Shown one piece after another: positions 18,886 to 30,381 of a stretch of 64,000 nucleotides of DNA. Numbering within the stretch: position 1 is the stretch's first letter; each line of letters opens with the position of its first letter. The stretch covers positions 35,444 through 99,443 of the IMG/VR virus record IMGVR_UViG_3300042934_000398. One strand, written 5' to 3'. This DNA is from a virus. The notes under the pieces are model-generated. The model was not told where the DNA came from. It did not search any database and worked only from the letters and a program-made list of their open reading frames with translations. A program made the position numbers and the translations under genes.

Positions 18886-21800
18886 GTGGATAATAATTAT
18901 ACGGTGTATCATTTACATGACGATACAAGTAATTGTAATGGATACGCAGATTCATGTTCTAATTTTAAAGAGTATATTAAACTTGCAAAAAAGCAAGGAA
19001 TGAAAGCGATTGCATTTAGTAATCATGGTGGAATATATGATTGGATAAAGAAAAAACAAGAGTGTGATAAAGCAGGAATTAAATATATTCACGGAGTAGA
19101 GTTATATTTGTGTGGGAAATTAGAGGATGATGATAGAGGCGGACATATTGGTTTATATGCAAAGAATTATAAAGGTGTACTTGAGCTAAATGAATTGATT
19201 TCATTATCCACATCAAAAGGTGTTTGTGAAGATAATTCTGATAGACACATGTATTATAATCCACGTATTTCGCTTGAAGAATTGATGAATACAAGTGACA
19301 ACATTATGGTTGTTACAGCTTGTTTAGCTTCGCCATTGAATAAATGGGACAATAATGAAAAAATAAACGATTATAATACAATTGTTGAATGGTTGTCAAA
19401 AAACAAACATAGATGTTTTCTTGAAATACAATACCATAATTGTGAAGATCAAATTAGATATAATAATAAGTTGTATAAATTAAGTTTAGAAAAAGGTATA
19501 CCTTTAATTGCTGGAACAGATACACATTCATCAAGTAAATACAAAGCAGAATGCAGAAAGATATTACAGATATACAAAAAAAGTTTCTATGGCAGTGAAG
19601 ATGAATTTGATTTGACGTGGAAAAATTATGATGAGTTGGTTGAAGCATTTAAATTACAAAAATCACTAGCAGAAGAAGTTTTTATGAATGCAATTAATAA
19701 TACTAATGTATTTGCTAATATGGTTGAAGATTTTAAGTTTGATAAGAATTTTAAATATCCGACATTATATGGTGATAATGTAAGACAGCAGTGGATGGAT
19801 TTGATTTATAGAAAATATGAAGAAAAAAAATCTAATAATTGTTTAGACTTAATAAATCATACTGAAAAAGAGTATAAAGAAAAGATAAAAGAAGAATTTA
19901 AAGTAATGTGTAAACTTGGAATGGAAAGCTTTATGATGTTTATGTCTGAATTGTTAGAATGGTGTACAAACAATGGTATACCATATGGTTTTGGAAGAGG
20001 TAGTGTGGCCGGTAGCACTATTGCTTACATAACAGATATTACAGATACAGATCCTATTGTGTGGAAAACAGTATTTTCTAGATTTTGTAATGAAGATAGA
20101 ATATCGCTTGGAGATATTGATGTAGACTTTGCACCAGAAGACAGAGAAAAAGTTTATAAATATATTATCGAAAGATTTACTCCACAAAAAACAGCATATA
20201 TTGCTGCATTTTCAACATTACAAGATAGAGGATGTATAGATGTATTAGCTGGTGGACTTGGATATAAAGATTTGGGAAAAGTAATGGATATTAAAAACCA
20301 ATTTGACGAATTATTTAATACATATAGTAAAATTATGCAAGAAGAAGTAAATAGCGAAGAATTGGTTGAAAACGGTATATTAGAATCATCTACAATCACT
20401 TTTGATAATCATAATATTTATATGACTAGAATTAATAACAAGGATGCGAAAATAAAAGCAGAAAAAACTAAAAATTCATATGACTCTTTAATTAATGATA
20501 ACCAAGACTTATTCTACTATTTAAAAGGATTAAAAGGTACTATAGTTGCAAAAGGAACTCATCCTAGCGGTATTATAGGATCACCTATAACACTGGCTGA
20601 TAGTATTGGATTATTCTATAAAGATGGAGATTTAAACATGCCTGTATCAACATGTGCGATGAAAGCTGTCGATTCGCTTAACTACGTAAAATTTGATATA
20701 TTAGGACTTAAAACAGTTGGAATTATTAAAGATGCTTGTAGATATGCTGGAATACCATACCCAAAAGCTCACGAAATAAATTGGGAAGATGATAAAGTTT
20801 GGAATAATATGATAGAGACTCAACAAGGGGTGTTTCAGTTTGAAGGTGATTATGCATTTGATTTGTTGAAGAACTTCAAACCACACACAGTTAACCATAT
20901 GTCTATGGTAAACGCAGCACTAAGACCGTCTGGCAAATCATACAGAGATAAAATGATTGCAGGTGAATTTAATAAAAATCCATCAGAAGAAATTGATAAA
21001 TTACTAGAAGATAATAATGGATATTTAATATTTCAAGAGGATACAATTAAATTCTTAACAGATATTTGTGATTTTACAGGTTCTGCCGCAGACACTACTC
21101 GTAGATGCTTAGATGAAAATTCTTTAGTGTTAATGTCTAATGGAAACAGAAAAAGAATAAAAGATGTTGAAGTTGGTGATAAGGTTGTATGTATTGATAA
21201 CAGTAATAATATTACACATAAACCTGTTATCAATAAATTTAATAATGGTATAAAACAGACTTATAAAATTTATACACAACAAGATAATTATATTATTGCT
21301 ACAGATAACCACAAAATATTAACACAGAACGGATGGAAACAAGTAAAAGAATTAACAAATAATGATTATGTAATGACACCATCTGTAATACATCCTACAT
21401 CTGATAATTTAAAACCAAATCAGAGACTTTCTGAAAACGAAATGTTTTTATTAGGGTTATTAATTGGAGATGGCTCGATTGGAGATATAAACAATATACA
21501 TTTTACAAATTCAGAACTTTGTGTTATAGAAAAATTTAAAAACTGTGTATCTGAATTATCAAGATATAATAAAAATTGTGAGTTCACAGATCATATTCAA
21601 AATGGAGTTGAAGTTGACTATATATACTCAATTTATATTAAATCAAAAAATCATAGAATGATTTTACAAAACTTATTAACAAAATATGACCTAGTAAAGA
21701 AGGCTGGATTGAAAAGAATACCTTATGAAATTATGAATTATCCAGTAGGTAGCAAATTAACAAATCTACTTGCAGGATTGTTTAATACTGATGGTGGTTA

Positions 21801-23490
21801 CAACTTAAAAAATACTTGTATTGAATATTATACAACAAGCAGAGAACTTGCCTACCAAATAAAGTCATTGTTAATGAAGTATAATATATATTCATATGTA
21901 GAGTCAAAAAATGTAAAAGGATATGATTATATGTGCTATCATTTAATCATACGACAAGTTGATTCAGTAGAAAAGTTTTGTAACACAATAGCAACATTGA
22001 TTGTTGGAAGAAAAAAGGATGATTATTTTAATATTTTAGAGTTAGCAAAAAATAGAACATTACAATATGATTACATTCTTCCAGAAGAGTGTTATGAAGA
22101 AATTATAAAGAATGCCAATGATAGAAATATCAGTTTTTCAGATATAGGAAATCAAATTGGAGGATATAAACACAATGGATTTAAATTAAATAAAAACAGC
22201 ACAATAACAAATACTAAAGCATTAGATATTGTAAAGTTTGTATACAGTCCTAAAACTTATGAATTATTAATGGCTGAATATATACCGTTGAAAATAATTA
22301 AAATAGAAGAATATGGTATTTCAAATGTTTATGATATTGAGGTAAAAGACAATCATAATTATGTTGCCAACGAAATAATAGTACATAATTGTATAGGCAA
22401 AAAGGATCAAGAAGGTTTGAAAGAACAATTACCTAAAATCCTCGAAGGATACTGTAAACACTCTAGTAAACCAAGAGAAATAGCGGAAAAAGAAGCAGAA
22501 CAATTTGTTCAGATTGTAGCCGATAGCTCGGAATATCAATTTGGATTTAACCATTCTACCAGCTACAGTATGAATGGATATGCTTGTGTAAATTTGAGAA
22601 CATATTATACAATTGAATTTATTACTGCTTACTTGAATAGAGCTGAAAACGAAGAAGATACAAATAATGGTATTAATCTTGCAAGATATTTTAATATAGA
22701 AATTAAACCAATACAATTTGGTAAATCTCTTTCAGAATATACCATAGACAGAAAAGACAATACTATCTACAAAGGAATATTATCAATTAAGTATTGTAAT
22801 TCAAAAATAGCAGAAGAACTAATGGAGTTATCCAAAAATAAATATAATAACTTTATTGAATTATTAACAGATATACATAAACAAACTTCAGTAGATGCAA
22901 GACAATTAACAATTCTTACAGGTCTTAACTTCTTTAGTATGTTTGGTAATAATAAATACTTGCTTAATGTAATTGAGGTTTATAATAATCTCTACAATGT
23001 AAAACAAATTAAAAAAGCTGATTTTGATAAACTTCAACTTAATGAGTTTTTGATGAAAAAATATAGTAGTAAAGAAACAGAGAAATTATACAAAGAACTC
23101 GATACAAAAGGACTTGTAACAGAAATGTGTTCTAAATTAGAAGATAAACCAATGTCAATCATTGAACATATTAAATTTGAAATGGAATATTTGCAATATA
23201 CTACATACGCAAATCCAAAAGTAAGTAAAGATTATTACGTAGTATTGGACTTTAAAACTTATAATAATCCAGCTACTCCATATTTATTAGTAAGAAATAT
23301 TAAGACTGGAGAAGAATTTAAAACAAAGATAACATCAGCAAAAATATTTAAACTTAGTCCATTTGGTCAATATAGTATATTGAAGATATATGAGTTTAGA
23401 GAACAGTTTAAAAAGAGAAAAGTTGGAGAAGAGTGGATTCCAACAGATGAAACAGAGAAGATTATAACTGCATTTGAGTGTATAAAATAA
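18886..23490 (+). CDS. dnaE: DNA polymerase III alpha subunit (phage DnaE) with intein
   Basis: PHP domain HLH, GRGSVAGS, DIDVD, KFDILGL, FQED, YQFGFNHS. Confidence 0.95.
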   Translation: MDNNYTVYHLHDDTSNCNGYADSCSNFKEYIKLAKKQGMKAIAFSNHGGIYDWIKKKQECDKAGIKYIHGVELYLCGKLEDDDRGGHIGLYAKNYKGVLELNELISLSTSKGVCEDNSDRHMYYNPRISLEELMNTSDNIMVVTACLASPLNKWDNNEKINDYNTIVEWLSKNKHRCFLEIQYHNCEDQIRYNNKLYKLSLEKGIPLIAGTDTHSSSKYKAECRKILQIYKKSFYGSEDEFDLTWKNYDELVEAFKLQKSLAEEVFMNAINNTNVFANMVEDFKFDKNFKYPTLYGDNVRQQWMDLIYRKYEEKKSNNCLDLINHTEKEYKEKIKEEFKVMCKLGMESFMMFMSELLEWCTNNGIPYGFGRGSVAGSTIAYITDITDTDPIVWKTVFSRFCNEDRISLGDIDVDFAPEDREKVYKYIIERFTPQKTAYIAAFSTLQDRGCIDVLAGGLGYKDLGKVMDIKNQFDELFNTYSKIMQEEVNSEELVENGILESSTITFDNHNIYMTRINNKDAKIKAEKTKNSYDSLINDNQDLFYYLKGLKGTIVAKGTHPSGIIGSPITLADSIGLFYKDGDLNMPVSTCAMKAVDSLNYVKFDILGLKTVGIIKDACRYAGIPYPKAHEINWEDDKVWNNMIETQQGVFQFEGDYAFDLLKNFKPHTVNHMSMVNAALRPSGKSYRDKMIAGEFNKNPSEEIDKLLEDNNGYLIFQEDTIKFLTDICDFTGSAADTTRRCLDENSLVLMSNGNRKRIKDVEVGDKVVCIDNSNNITHKPVINKFNNGIKQTYKIYTQQDNYIIATDNHKILTQNGWKQVKELTNNDYVMTPSVIHPTSDNLKPNQRLSENEMFLLGLLIGDGSIGDINNIHFTNSELCVIEKFKNCVSELSRYNKNCEFTDHIQNGVEVDYIYSIYIKSKNHRMILQNLLTKYDLVKKAGLKRIPYEIMNYPVGSKLTNLLAGLFNTDGGYNLKNTCIEYYTTSRELAYQIKSLLMKYNIYSYVESKNVKGYDYMCYHLIIRQVDSVEKFCNTIATLIVGRKKDDYFNILELAKNRTLQYDYILPEECYEEIIKNANDRNISFSDIGNQIGGYKHNGFKLNKNSTITNTKALDIVKFVYSPKTYELLMAEYIPLKIIKIEEYGISNVYDIEVKDNHNYVANEIIVHNCIGKKDQEGLKEQLPKILEGYCKHSSKPREIAEKEAEQFVQIVADSSEYQFGFNHSTSYSMNGYACVNLRTYYTIEFITAYLNRAENEEDTNNGINLARYFNIEIKPIQFGKSLSEYTIDRKDNTIYKGILSIKYCNSKIAEELMELSKNKYNNFIELLTDIHKQTSVDARQLTILTGLNFFSMFGNNKYLLNVIEVYNNLYNVKQIKKADFDKLQLNEFLMKKYSSKETEKLYKELDTKGLVTEMCSKLEDKPMSIIEHIKFEMEYLQYTTYANPKVSKDYYVVLDFKTYNNPATPYLLVRNIKTGEEFKTKITSAKIFKLSPFGQYSILKIYEFREQFKKRKVGEEWIPTDETEKIITAFECIK
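21106..22389 (+). mobile_element. Intein (428 aa) with LAGLIDADG homing endonuclease in DnaE
   Basis: TTRR|CLDENS...LLGLLIGDG...LAGLFNTDG...VYDIEV...IVHN|CIGKK. Confidence 0.95.
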
Positions 23491-23500
23491 GTGAGGTGAT

Positions 23501-25780
23501 TTGGTGAGTGATAACGGAACAAAAGAATTTGAGTTTCAGTGTAGAGTAGTTAGATGTATTTATGATACAGAAGATTATAGAGTGTATGCAGTGGATGTAG
23601 ATAAAGATAAATATAATTTTATTAAGTTTACTAAATATGGAACAGCAGTTATAAGTGGCAATCTACATCAACTTGGAGAAGGAATTTTGTATTCAGTAAA
23701 AGCAACAGAAGAAATAACTAAGAATGGTTATGGATATAAAGTAAATAATATTAAACGAGACAGACCAAACACCTCTCTTGATATGCAGTTGTTCTTACAA
23801 GAAATATTAACTCCAATGCAAGCAGATACATTATTTAAAGTTTATCCTGATATAGTGGATAGAGTAATTAATAATAGACTAGAAGACATTGATTTATCAT
23901 TAACTAAAGGAATTAAAGAGTATACGTTTGAGCGTATCAAAGAAAAGATTGTTGAGAACTTTGCATTAGTAGAGCTGGTATCAGAGTTTCAAGGATTACT
24001 TAGTCTAAATATGGTTAAAAAGTTGTATGATAAATATCCATCTACAGAAAAAATTAGATATGAAATGAAGAATAATCCTTATAAATGCCTGTGTGTAATC
24101 TCAGGCATTGGATTTAAAAAAGCTGATGGATTACTATTGGAAATAGAAAAGGCTTCTATAGAAAATGTTTCAAAAGGGTTAAAACCTATTATAGATTTTA
24201 ATTCTGATTTAAAGACAAGCAAGCAAAGATGTTTATCATGTATCTTATTCTTATTAGAAGAAAACGAAAACAACGGTCATACTAAAATGGATCTAGTAGA
24301 TTTAAAAAACCAATGTGATAAACTAGTGCCAGCTTGTGCTTATCATTTCATAGATGCAGTAAAAGAAGAAAGTATATATTATGATAAGAGCAGTAGAAAT
24401 GTTGCATTAAAAGAAACATATAATACTGAATTATATATAGCAAAGAATATTTCATATGGATTATCTGTTAAAAACGAATGGAATATTAATGTAGAGAAAT
24501 ACAGAAATTCAAGTGAATTTTCACTTACAGACGAACAGCTACAATCAATTAATTATTTATGTAAATACAATATAAGCATATTGAACGGGTTTGGTGGTAG
24601 TGGTAAGAGTTCATGTACACAAGCAATAATTCAGATGTTAGATGATAATAATAAATCGTATGTGTTATTATCTCCGACAGGTAAAGCAGCAAAAGTATTA
24701 AAGGAATATTGCAAGAGAGAAACATCAACTATTCATAGAGGTTTAGCTTATATTCCACCTAACACATGGACATATTGTATGAATAATAAACTCGATAGTG
24801 ATGTTGTGGTTATTGATGAGTTTTCAATGACAGATATATTTTTATTCAAACATGTAATCGATGCAATAGATTTTAATAGAACTAAGTTGTTAATGGTTGG
24901 TGATTCTGCTCAGATACCTTCAGTTGCTTGTGGTAATCTATTGCACGACTTTATGCAATCTAAAGTTATACCAACTACGTCATTAACTAAAATCTTTAGA
25001 TATGGTAAAGGTGGATTAATGACGGTTGCTACAGATGTTAGGAATTGTAAGAAATATCTGTCTGACAGTTTAAGTCAGTGTACATACTTTGGAGATAATA
25101 AAGACTATGCTTTTATTAATGTAGATGACAAGCAATCAGTTAAAAACGTTCTTGCATTATATGAAAAATTATTATCACAGAATTACAAAGTAGAAGATAT
25201 ACAGGTGTTAACAGCATATAACAAAGGAGAATATGGTACAGTTGTATTAAACAACCACCTTCAGAAGATAGCTAATAAAAATTTTGGATCAGACACATTT
25301 CTTAAATATGGTGAAACAACTTACTATGTTGGTGATTTGATTATACAGAAACAGAATAATTATAAAGCAAAAGTATATATTGACGATGATTTCTGTATTG
25401 ATGACGAGAATTTAAATACTACGTTTATTGCAAATGGAGAGTGCGGAATTGTATTAAGCATAAATAGATTTGAAATGATAATTGACTTTGATGGTGTGAA
25501 GGTTAGTTATTCAAGAGAAGATTTGCAGAGTGTTGGATTGGGATACGCTATTTCAATTCATAAATCTCAAGGTAGTAGTTCAAAGGTAATTATTCTACTG
25601 ACACCAAAGTCTCATACATATATGCTTAATTCAAATCTAATTTATGTTGGACTCACTAGAATGAAAGAGCGTTGTTTTCATATTGGTGCTGCATCAACAG
25701 TTAATACTTCTATAAAAAATAAAGAGAACTTTAACAGAATGACATTTATGCAATCCATGTTAAAAGAAAATACAAAGTAA
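23501..25780 (+). CDS. recD2: RecD2-like SF1B helicase
   Basis: HhH ISGIGFKKAD, GFGGSGKS, DEFSM, GDSAQIPSV, AISIHKSQG, YVGLTR. Confidence 0.9.
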   Translation: MVSDNGTKEFEFQCRVVRCIYDTEDYRVYAVDVDKDKYNFIKFTKYGTAVISGNLHQLGEGILYSVKATEEITKNGYGYKVNNIKRDRPNTSLDMQLFLQEILTPMQADTLFKVYPDIVDRVINNRLEDIDLSLTKGIKEYTFERIKEKIVENFALVELVSEFQGLLSLNMVKKLYDKYPSTEKIRYEMKNNPYKCLCVISGIGFKKADGLLLEIEKASIENVSKGLKPIIDFNSDLKTSKQRCLSCILFLLEENENNGHTKMDLVDLKNQCDKLVPACAYHFIDAVKEESIYYDKSSRNVALKETYNTELYIAKNISYGLSVKNEWNINVEKYRNSSEFSLTDEQLQSINYLCKYNISILNGFGGSGKSSCTQAIIQMLDDNNKSYVLLSPTGKAAKVLKEYCKRETSTIHRGLAYIPPNTWTYCMNNKLDSDVVVIDEFSMTDIFLFKHVIDAIDFNRTKLLMVGDSAQIPSVACGNLLHDFMQSKVIPTTSLTKIFRYGKGGLMTVATDVRNCKKYLSDSLSQCTYFGDNKDYAFINVDDKQSVKNVLALYEKLLSQNYKVEDIQVLTAYNKGEYGTVVLNNHLQKIANKNFGSDTFLKYGETTYYVGDLIIQKQNNYKAKVYIDDDFCIDDENLNTTFIANGECGIVLSINRFEMIIDFDGVKVSYSREDLQSVGLGYAISIHKSQGSSSKVIILLTPKSHTYMLNSNLIYVGLTRMKERCFHIGAASTVNTSIKNKENFNRMTFMQSMLKENTK

Positions 25781-25804
25781 TTACAAATAATAATAAACAA
25801 GATG

Positions 25805-25833
25805 TTGACAACATAGTTAACCTGTGATATGAT
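25805..25833 (+). promoter_or_regulatory. SigA-type promoter upstream of ligase
   Basis: TTGACA-N17-TATGAT with extended TG; AAATAATAATAAAC just upstream. Confidence 0.75.
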
Positions 25834-25933
25834 TAATTCAAGCGAAAGAGATAAGGCTAGATTAATGGCATCACAGGTTTTTAGTACATATTGAAAATAA
25901 TAATAAACAGAAAACATTTAAAAGGAGAATGGA

Positions 25934-27886
25934 ATGAATAATTTAGAAGAAATGAAGTCATTAATTAAACAGTTAAACGAAGCATCAACAGCATATTATA
26001 AGTATGATAAGCCTATTATGTCGGATAAAGACTATGATGCGCTCTATGACCGACTTGAACAGTTAGAAAAAGGCACAAGTATCATTATGGTAAATTCACC
26101 TACTCAGAAAGTACAAGGTGAAATACTAGAAGGATTAACTAAAGTAAAACATAGTAAGCCTATGTTATCCGCTAACAAAACTAAAGATATTAATGAAGTA
26201 AAGAGATTTGTAGGAAATCAATTGTGCGTAGAAATGTGGAAATTGGATGGATTGACAATTGTAATACGTTATGAAAATGGTTTATATAAACAAGCCATTA
26301 CAAGGGGTGGAGGAGATACAGGAGAAGATGTTACACATACAATCAGACATTGTATTAATTTACCTTTAAAATTGCGTACAGATGTTAATATAGAAGTACG
26401 TGGAGAGTGTGTAATATCGTGGGAGAATTTTGATAAAATCAATGAAACACTAGAAGAACCATATAGCCATCCACGTAATTTAGCTGCTGGTAGTGTTAGA
26501 CAATTAGATTCAAACGTAGCAAAGGAAAGATATTTAGAGTTCATAGCATTTGAATTAGTACAAGATAATAATATTGAAAAACTTGATACAGATGTTTCAT
26601 TAGGATGGTTATCTGATTTAGGATTTCAGGTTACTGAAAGAGAATTCGTACAGAATGGTGTTGCTAATGTGGAAGATGTAGATTTAAAATTTAATCCAAT
26701 AAACTATAAATATCCAGTAGACGGAACTATTTATAAATATGAGTTTTATGATTATGGCGAATCACTAGGAACTACAGTACATCATCCTTTGAATATGATT
26801 GCTAGAAAGTGGAAAGATGACACATACGAAACAACACTTGTGGATATTGAATGGAATACTTCTCGCACTGGTTTAATTAATCCTGTTGCTATTTTCTCAC
26901 CTGTAGATTTGGGTGGTGCAATTACAACTAGAGCAACATTACATAATATCAGTTATATGGAAGATTTACAGTTAGGAATTGGTGATACGATTACGGTTTA
27001 TCGTGCCAATATGGTTATTCCTAAAGTTGATGATAATTTAACTAAAAGCAATACATTTAAGATTCCAGATAAATGTCCTGAGTGTGGTAGTGATATAGAA
27101 GTAAAAAATGACAATGGATCAAAATTCTTATATTGTACTAATCCAAATTGCAAAGCCAAGTTGATTAGTAGATTAACCCATTTCGTAAGTAAATATGCGA
27201 TGAACATTGATGGGATGTCAGAAGCCACTATTGAAAAATTTGTTGAATTAGGATGGCTTAATGAGTTGGTAGACATTTATAATCTGAAACAACATAGAAA
27301 TAAAATGATTACATTAGATGGTTTTGGTGTAAAGTCTGGTGATAAATTATTAGCTGCAATTGAAGAAAGTAAGCATGTGAAGCTAGAAAATTTCATTTAT
27401 AGTTTAAGTATCCCACTAATCGGTAAAACAGCAAGCAAAACAATCAGTAAGTATTGTAAAGGAGATACAATTAATTTCTATAGATTGATTAATGAAGACT
27501 TTGATTTTACTAACCTTGACGACTTTGGTGGTACAATGCATGAATCTATTGCAAACTGGTTTAGAAATAATTATGAGATATACAGAAGTCTTGCTACTAT
27601 AATGAATTTTGTAATAGAAGATAAAGCAAATAATAATACACAGAATAGTAAATCGTTGGACGGTATGACATTTGTAATTACAGGATCAGTTAATCGTTAT
27701 AAGAATCGTGAGGAATTAAAAGCGGATATTGAAAGTAGAAATGGTAAAGTTGCAGGAAGTGTCAGTAAGAGTACATCATACCTTATAAATAACGATAATA
27801 CATCAACGTCTGGTAAAAATAAGAAAGCACAAGAGTTGGGAATTAAGATTATTACTGAAGATGAGTTTTTAGAGATGATTAAGTAA
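25934..27886 (+). CDS. ligA: NAD-dependent DNA ligase
   Basis: KLDG, TRG, Zn finger CPEC...C, HhH motifs, C-terminal BRCT. Confidence 0.95.
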   Translation: MNNLEEMKSLIKQLNEASTAYYKYDKPIMSDKDYDALYDRLEQLEKGTSIIMVNSPTQKVQGEILEGLTKVKHSKPMLSANKTKDINEVKRFVGNQLCVEMWKLDGLTIVIRYENGLYKQAITRGGGDTGEDVTHTIRHCINLPLKLRTDVNIEVRGECVISWENFDKINETLEEPYSHPRNLAAGSVRQLDSNVAKERYLEFIAFELVQDNNIEKLDTDVSLGWLSDLGFQVTEREFVQNGVANVEDVDLKFNPINYKYPVDGTIYKYEFYDYGESLGTTVHHPLNMIARKWKDDTYETTLVDIEWNTSRTGLINPVAIFSPVDLGGAITTRATLHNISYMEDLQLGIGDTITVYRANMVIPKVDDNLTKSNTFKIPDKCPECGSDIEVKNDNGSKFLYCTNPNCKAKLISRLTHFVSKYAMNIDGMSEATIEKFVELGWLNELVDIYNLKQHRNKMITLDGFGVKSGDKLLAAIEESKHVKLENFIYSLSIPLIGKTASKTISKYCKGDTINFYRLINEDFDFTNLDDFGGTMHESIANWFRNNYEIYRSLATIMNFVIEDKANNNTQNSKSLDGMTFVITGSVNRYKNREELKADIESRNGKVAGSVSKSTSYLINNDNTSTSGKNKKAQELGIKIITEDEFLEMIK

Positions 27887-27917
27887 TAATAATATTAAAC
27901 GAAAGGAATGATGATTT

Positions 27918-28478
27918 ATAGCTATACCTAAGAAATTTAGAAACAAATACATAATAAATGGGGAAACAACAACCATAGAAATGAAAAAGAGAGATGGAAG
28001 AACGTTTTATACGACCATTGATACTGACGATCTACAAAGGCTAATAGACTTAAAAGTTACATGGCATGCAATATTAAATCCAGTAAACGGTTTGTGGTAT
28101 GCACAAGCAGGAATTTATTTGGGTTGTGAAAATGGAAAATACAAATATTCAAGTATGATGATGCAGTGGTTTATTGGAAATCCAGATAATATTAAAGGAA
28201 TTCAAGTAGATCACATTGACCATGATGGACTGAATAATAGAAAATCAAATTTAAGGATTTCTAAGTATGAAGAAAATTTAAGAAACAGAAAATCAAAGAA
28301 TATAACCAATAAGTCAGGATATAGAAATGTAAGTCAAAATGGTAAATGGTGGGTAGTAACTATGAGAGTTGATGGAAAGCATGTGGAATTAGCTAAGTTT
28401 AAAAATGTAGATGACGCTGGTATATGTGCTGAGATTTTACGTGAAAAATATTATGGAGACTATGCAGGAGAAAGCTAA
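27918..28478 (+). CDS. HNH endonuclease with AP2-like domain; probable ATA start
   Basis: VDHIDHDGLNNRKSNLR, SGYRNV; frame open to ATA after GAAAGGAATGATG. Confidence 0.85.
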   Translation: MAIPKKFRNKYIINGETTTIEMKKRDGRTFYTTIDTDDLQRLIDLKVTWHAILNPVNGLWYAQAGIYLGCENGKYKYSSMMMQWFIGNPDNIKGIQVDHIDHDGLNNRKSNLRISKYEENLRNRKSKNITNKSGYRNVSQNGKWWVVTMRVDGKHVELAKFKNVDDAGICAEILREKYYGDYAGES

Positions 28479-28519
28479 TAAGTTAATACTTTGGAGTGCT
28501 TTTAGAAAGGAGAAATTTA

Positions 28520-28798
28520 ATGACAAGTGCAAAAGACGCAAGAAAACAATTAAATGATTTACTCGGCATAAATAATAAACCACTATTGGAAACATATTTA
28601 GAACAGTTTGAAGAAAAATTACAACAATCTATAAAAAATAAAACATCAAAAGTAGTAATAACTATTCCAGATGTGGTTGCAAAAGATTTTGTTGATGCCT
28701 TAGAGTATCATAAATTTACGATTGATAATGTATACAGAGGAGTAGATATTTTTTCTATTGAACCAAGAGAATACTTTGCATTAGATATCAGTTATTAG
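28520..28798 (+). CDS. Hypothetical protein
   Basis: GAAAGGAG RBS. Confidence 0.65.
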   Translation: MTSAKDARKQLNDLLGINNKPLLETYLEQFEEKLQQSIKNKTSKVVITIPDVVAKDFVDALEYHKFTIDNVYRGVDIFSIEPREYFALDISY

Positions 28799-28844
28799 AA
28801 AGAGCTAACAAACGACGATTTGTTTAAGAAATGAGGTGATTAAA

Positions 28845-29015
28845 ACGGATAGATATAAAGTTAAGTGTATAGACGGACTTCATTATGTTATAGACACGAA
28901 GAAAAATGACACGATTGTAAGCTCAGGATATTATAACGAAGAAAGTGTAAAAACAGTATGTGACAAAAAGAATGTAATATCTGATTTAAGTGGATACATT
29001 AACATCAAATTATAG
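28845..29015 (+). CDS. Small hypothetical protein with ACG start, not in ORF track
   Basis: GAGGTGA SD, open 56-codon frame fills the gap between two junction motifs. Confidence 0.5.
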   Translation, partial: TDRYKVKCIDGLHYVIDTKKNDTIVSSGYYNEESVKTVCDKKNVISDLSGYINIKL

Positions 29016-29044
29016 CTTTATTGGGTTTAGAAAGGAGAATAAAT

Positions 29045-29404
29045 ATGATAGTTATTGATCCAGAAAGAGGAGGATGTGTGTTGTGGAAAGATTTAAATGT
29101 AACACATATCAGAGGTAATATTGAAGATTGTGCTGATGCAATTTTTAGAAGAATAATGATTCCGATTGAAGATGATGAAAATGTTATTATTGGTTATTAT
29201 CAAATTGAAGAAGTTGGTTTAGACGTTGCTGGAATTGGCAGAGCTTGGAAAGATGAATTTACTAAAATAGGTATTAAAACAGATGACATTATCGGAAAAC
29301 AAATTGACAATTTTCTACCACAGATTAAAAGAAGGATAAGTAAAGAAGTTTATGACATGTATGAAAGCGCATCAAATTTTAAGATAGGCTTAAAGACACA
29401 ATAG
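29045..29404 (+). CDS. Hypothetical protein
   Basis: RBS. Confidence 0.65.
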   Translation: MIVIDPERGGCVLWKDLNVTHIRGNIEDCADAIFRRIMIPIEDDENVIIGYYQIEEVGLDVAGIGRAWKDEFTKIGIKTDDIIGKQIDNFLPQIKRRISKEVYDMYESASNFKIGLKTQ

Positions 29405-29443
29405 AATCAGGTTTTTATTAAGACTTAGAAAGAAGGTGAGTAT

Positions 29444-29647
29444 ATGGGTATTAATGTAGAAGAATATAAGGTAATTTATAAGGATGTTGTTTATAATCCA
29501 CTGACAATTACACCAATATTTAAAGGCAACGAAGATTTTTCAAAATCTGATAAAATACAATTTATTGAAATGTTTTATATTAATGAAGATGGAGAGTTGA
29601 GATTCATAAGTGACGAAGCGTGGTGCTTTAAATTTGTAAGAAGATAA
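29444..29647 (+). CDS. Hypothetical protein
   Basis: RBS. Confidence 0.65.
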   Translation: MGINVEEYKVIYKDVVYNPLTITPIFKGNEDFSKSDKIQFIEMFYINEDGELRFISDEAWCFKFVRR

Positions 29648-29690
29648 TCAAATCAGATATTGTTTGGAACTTTGAAATGAGGTGACACAT

Positions 29691-30146
29691 ATGAAATGTA
29701 ACTGTTTTACTTGTCCACTAGGGAAAGATTGTTATAATCATCGGTTAGATTTGTATGAAAATATGGGAGAAGAGCCAGATTACAACGAAATAGCGTATTC
29801 AATCTGGTGTGATAAAATAGGTTCAAAATGCGGTTGGTATGGATTTTGTGATGAAGCATTTGAAGAAGATATTACACACAGTAAAGCAAATAAAAAACAA
29901 TCTAGTAAGCGTTCAAGACGAGAAAAACACAATAAGAAGATATCTGACATTTATTCATTTACAAAAAGAATATGGATGATTCCATACTATGAACATAATA
30001 GCAGATTAATCCAAAACAATTTTTCATGGAGAACAAAGCGGTTTTATAAGAAATATTCTCATAAGCAGATCAGAAAATACGAAGGAGAAATTTCTAATGG
30101 CAATTGTTATCGTAAGGTTTGGAATTACAAATGTGAAATAAGTTAG
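29691..30146 (+). CDS. Hypothetical Cys-rich/basic protein
   Basis: RBS GAGGTGA. Confidence 0.65.
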   Translation: MKCNCFTCPLGKDCYNHRLDLYENMGEEPDYNEIAYSIWCDKIGSKCGWYGFCDEAFEEDITHSKANKKQSSKRSRREKHNKKISDIYSFTKRIWMIPYYEHNSRLIQNNFSWRTKRFYKKYSHKQIRKYEGEISNGNCYRKVWNYKCEIS

Positions 30147-30186
30147 TACAAAATAACTCTTTGATTCTAATAGAAAGGAATGTTAA

Positions 30187-30381
30187 ATGACTAATTTTGA
30201 ATGGGTAAAAAATTTAAACGAAGATCAGATGGCAGCTTTTATTACACTATACAGACCAGATTGTAATGAATTATGTAAAGATGCAAAAGCAGGATGTAAT
30301 TGGGGTTGTAAACATCATAGTGGGAGAGATATTATTCGGAAATGGCTAGATAAAGACGTTAATGATGATGAAGAAATATAG
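30187..30381 (+). CDS. Phage protein (MTNFE...WL family)
   Basis: RBS; common phage motif. Confidence 0.65.
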   Translation: MTNFEWVKNLNEDQMAAFITLYRPDCNELCKDAKAGCNWGCKHHSGRDIIRKWLDKDVNDDEEI

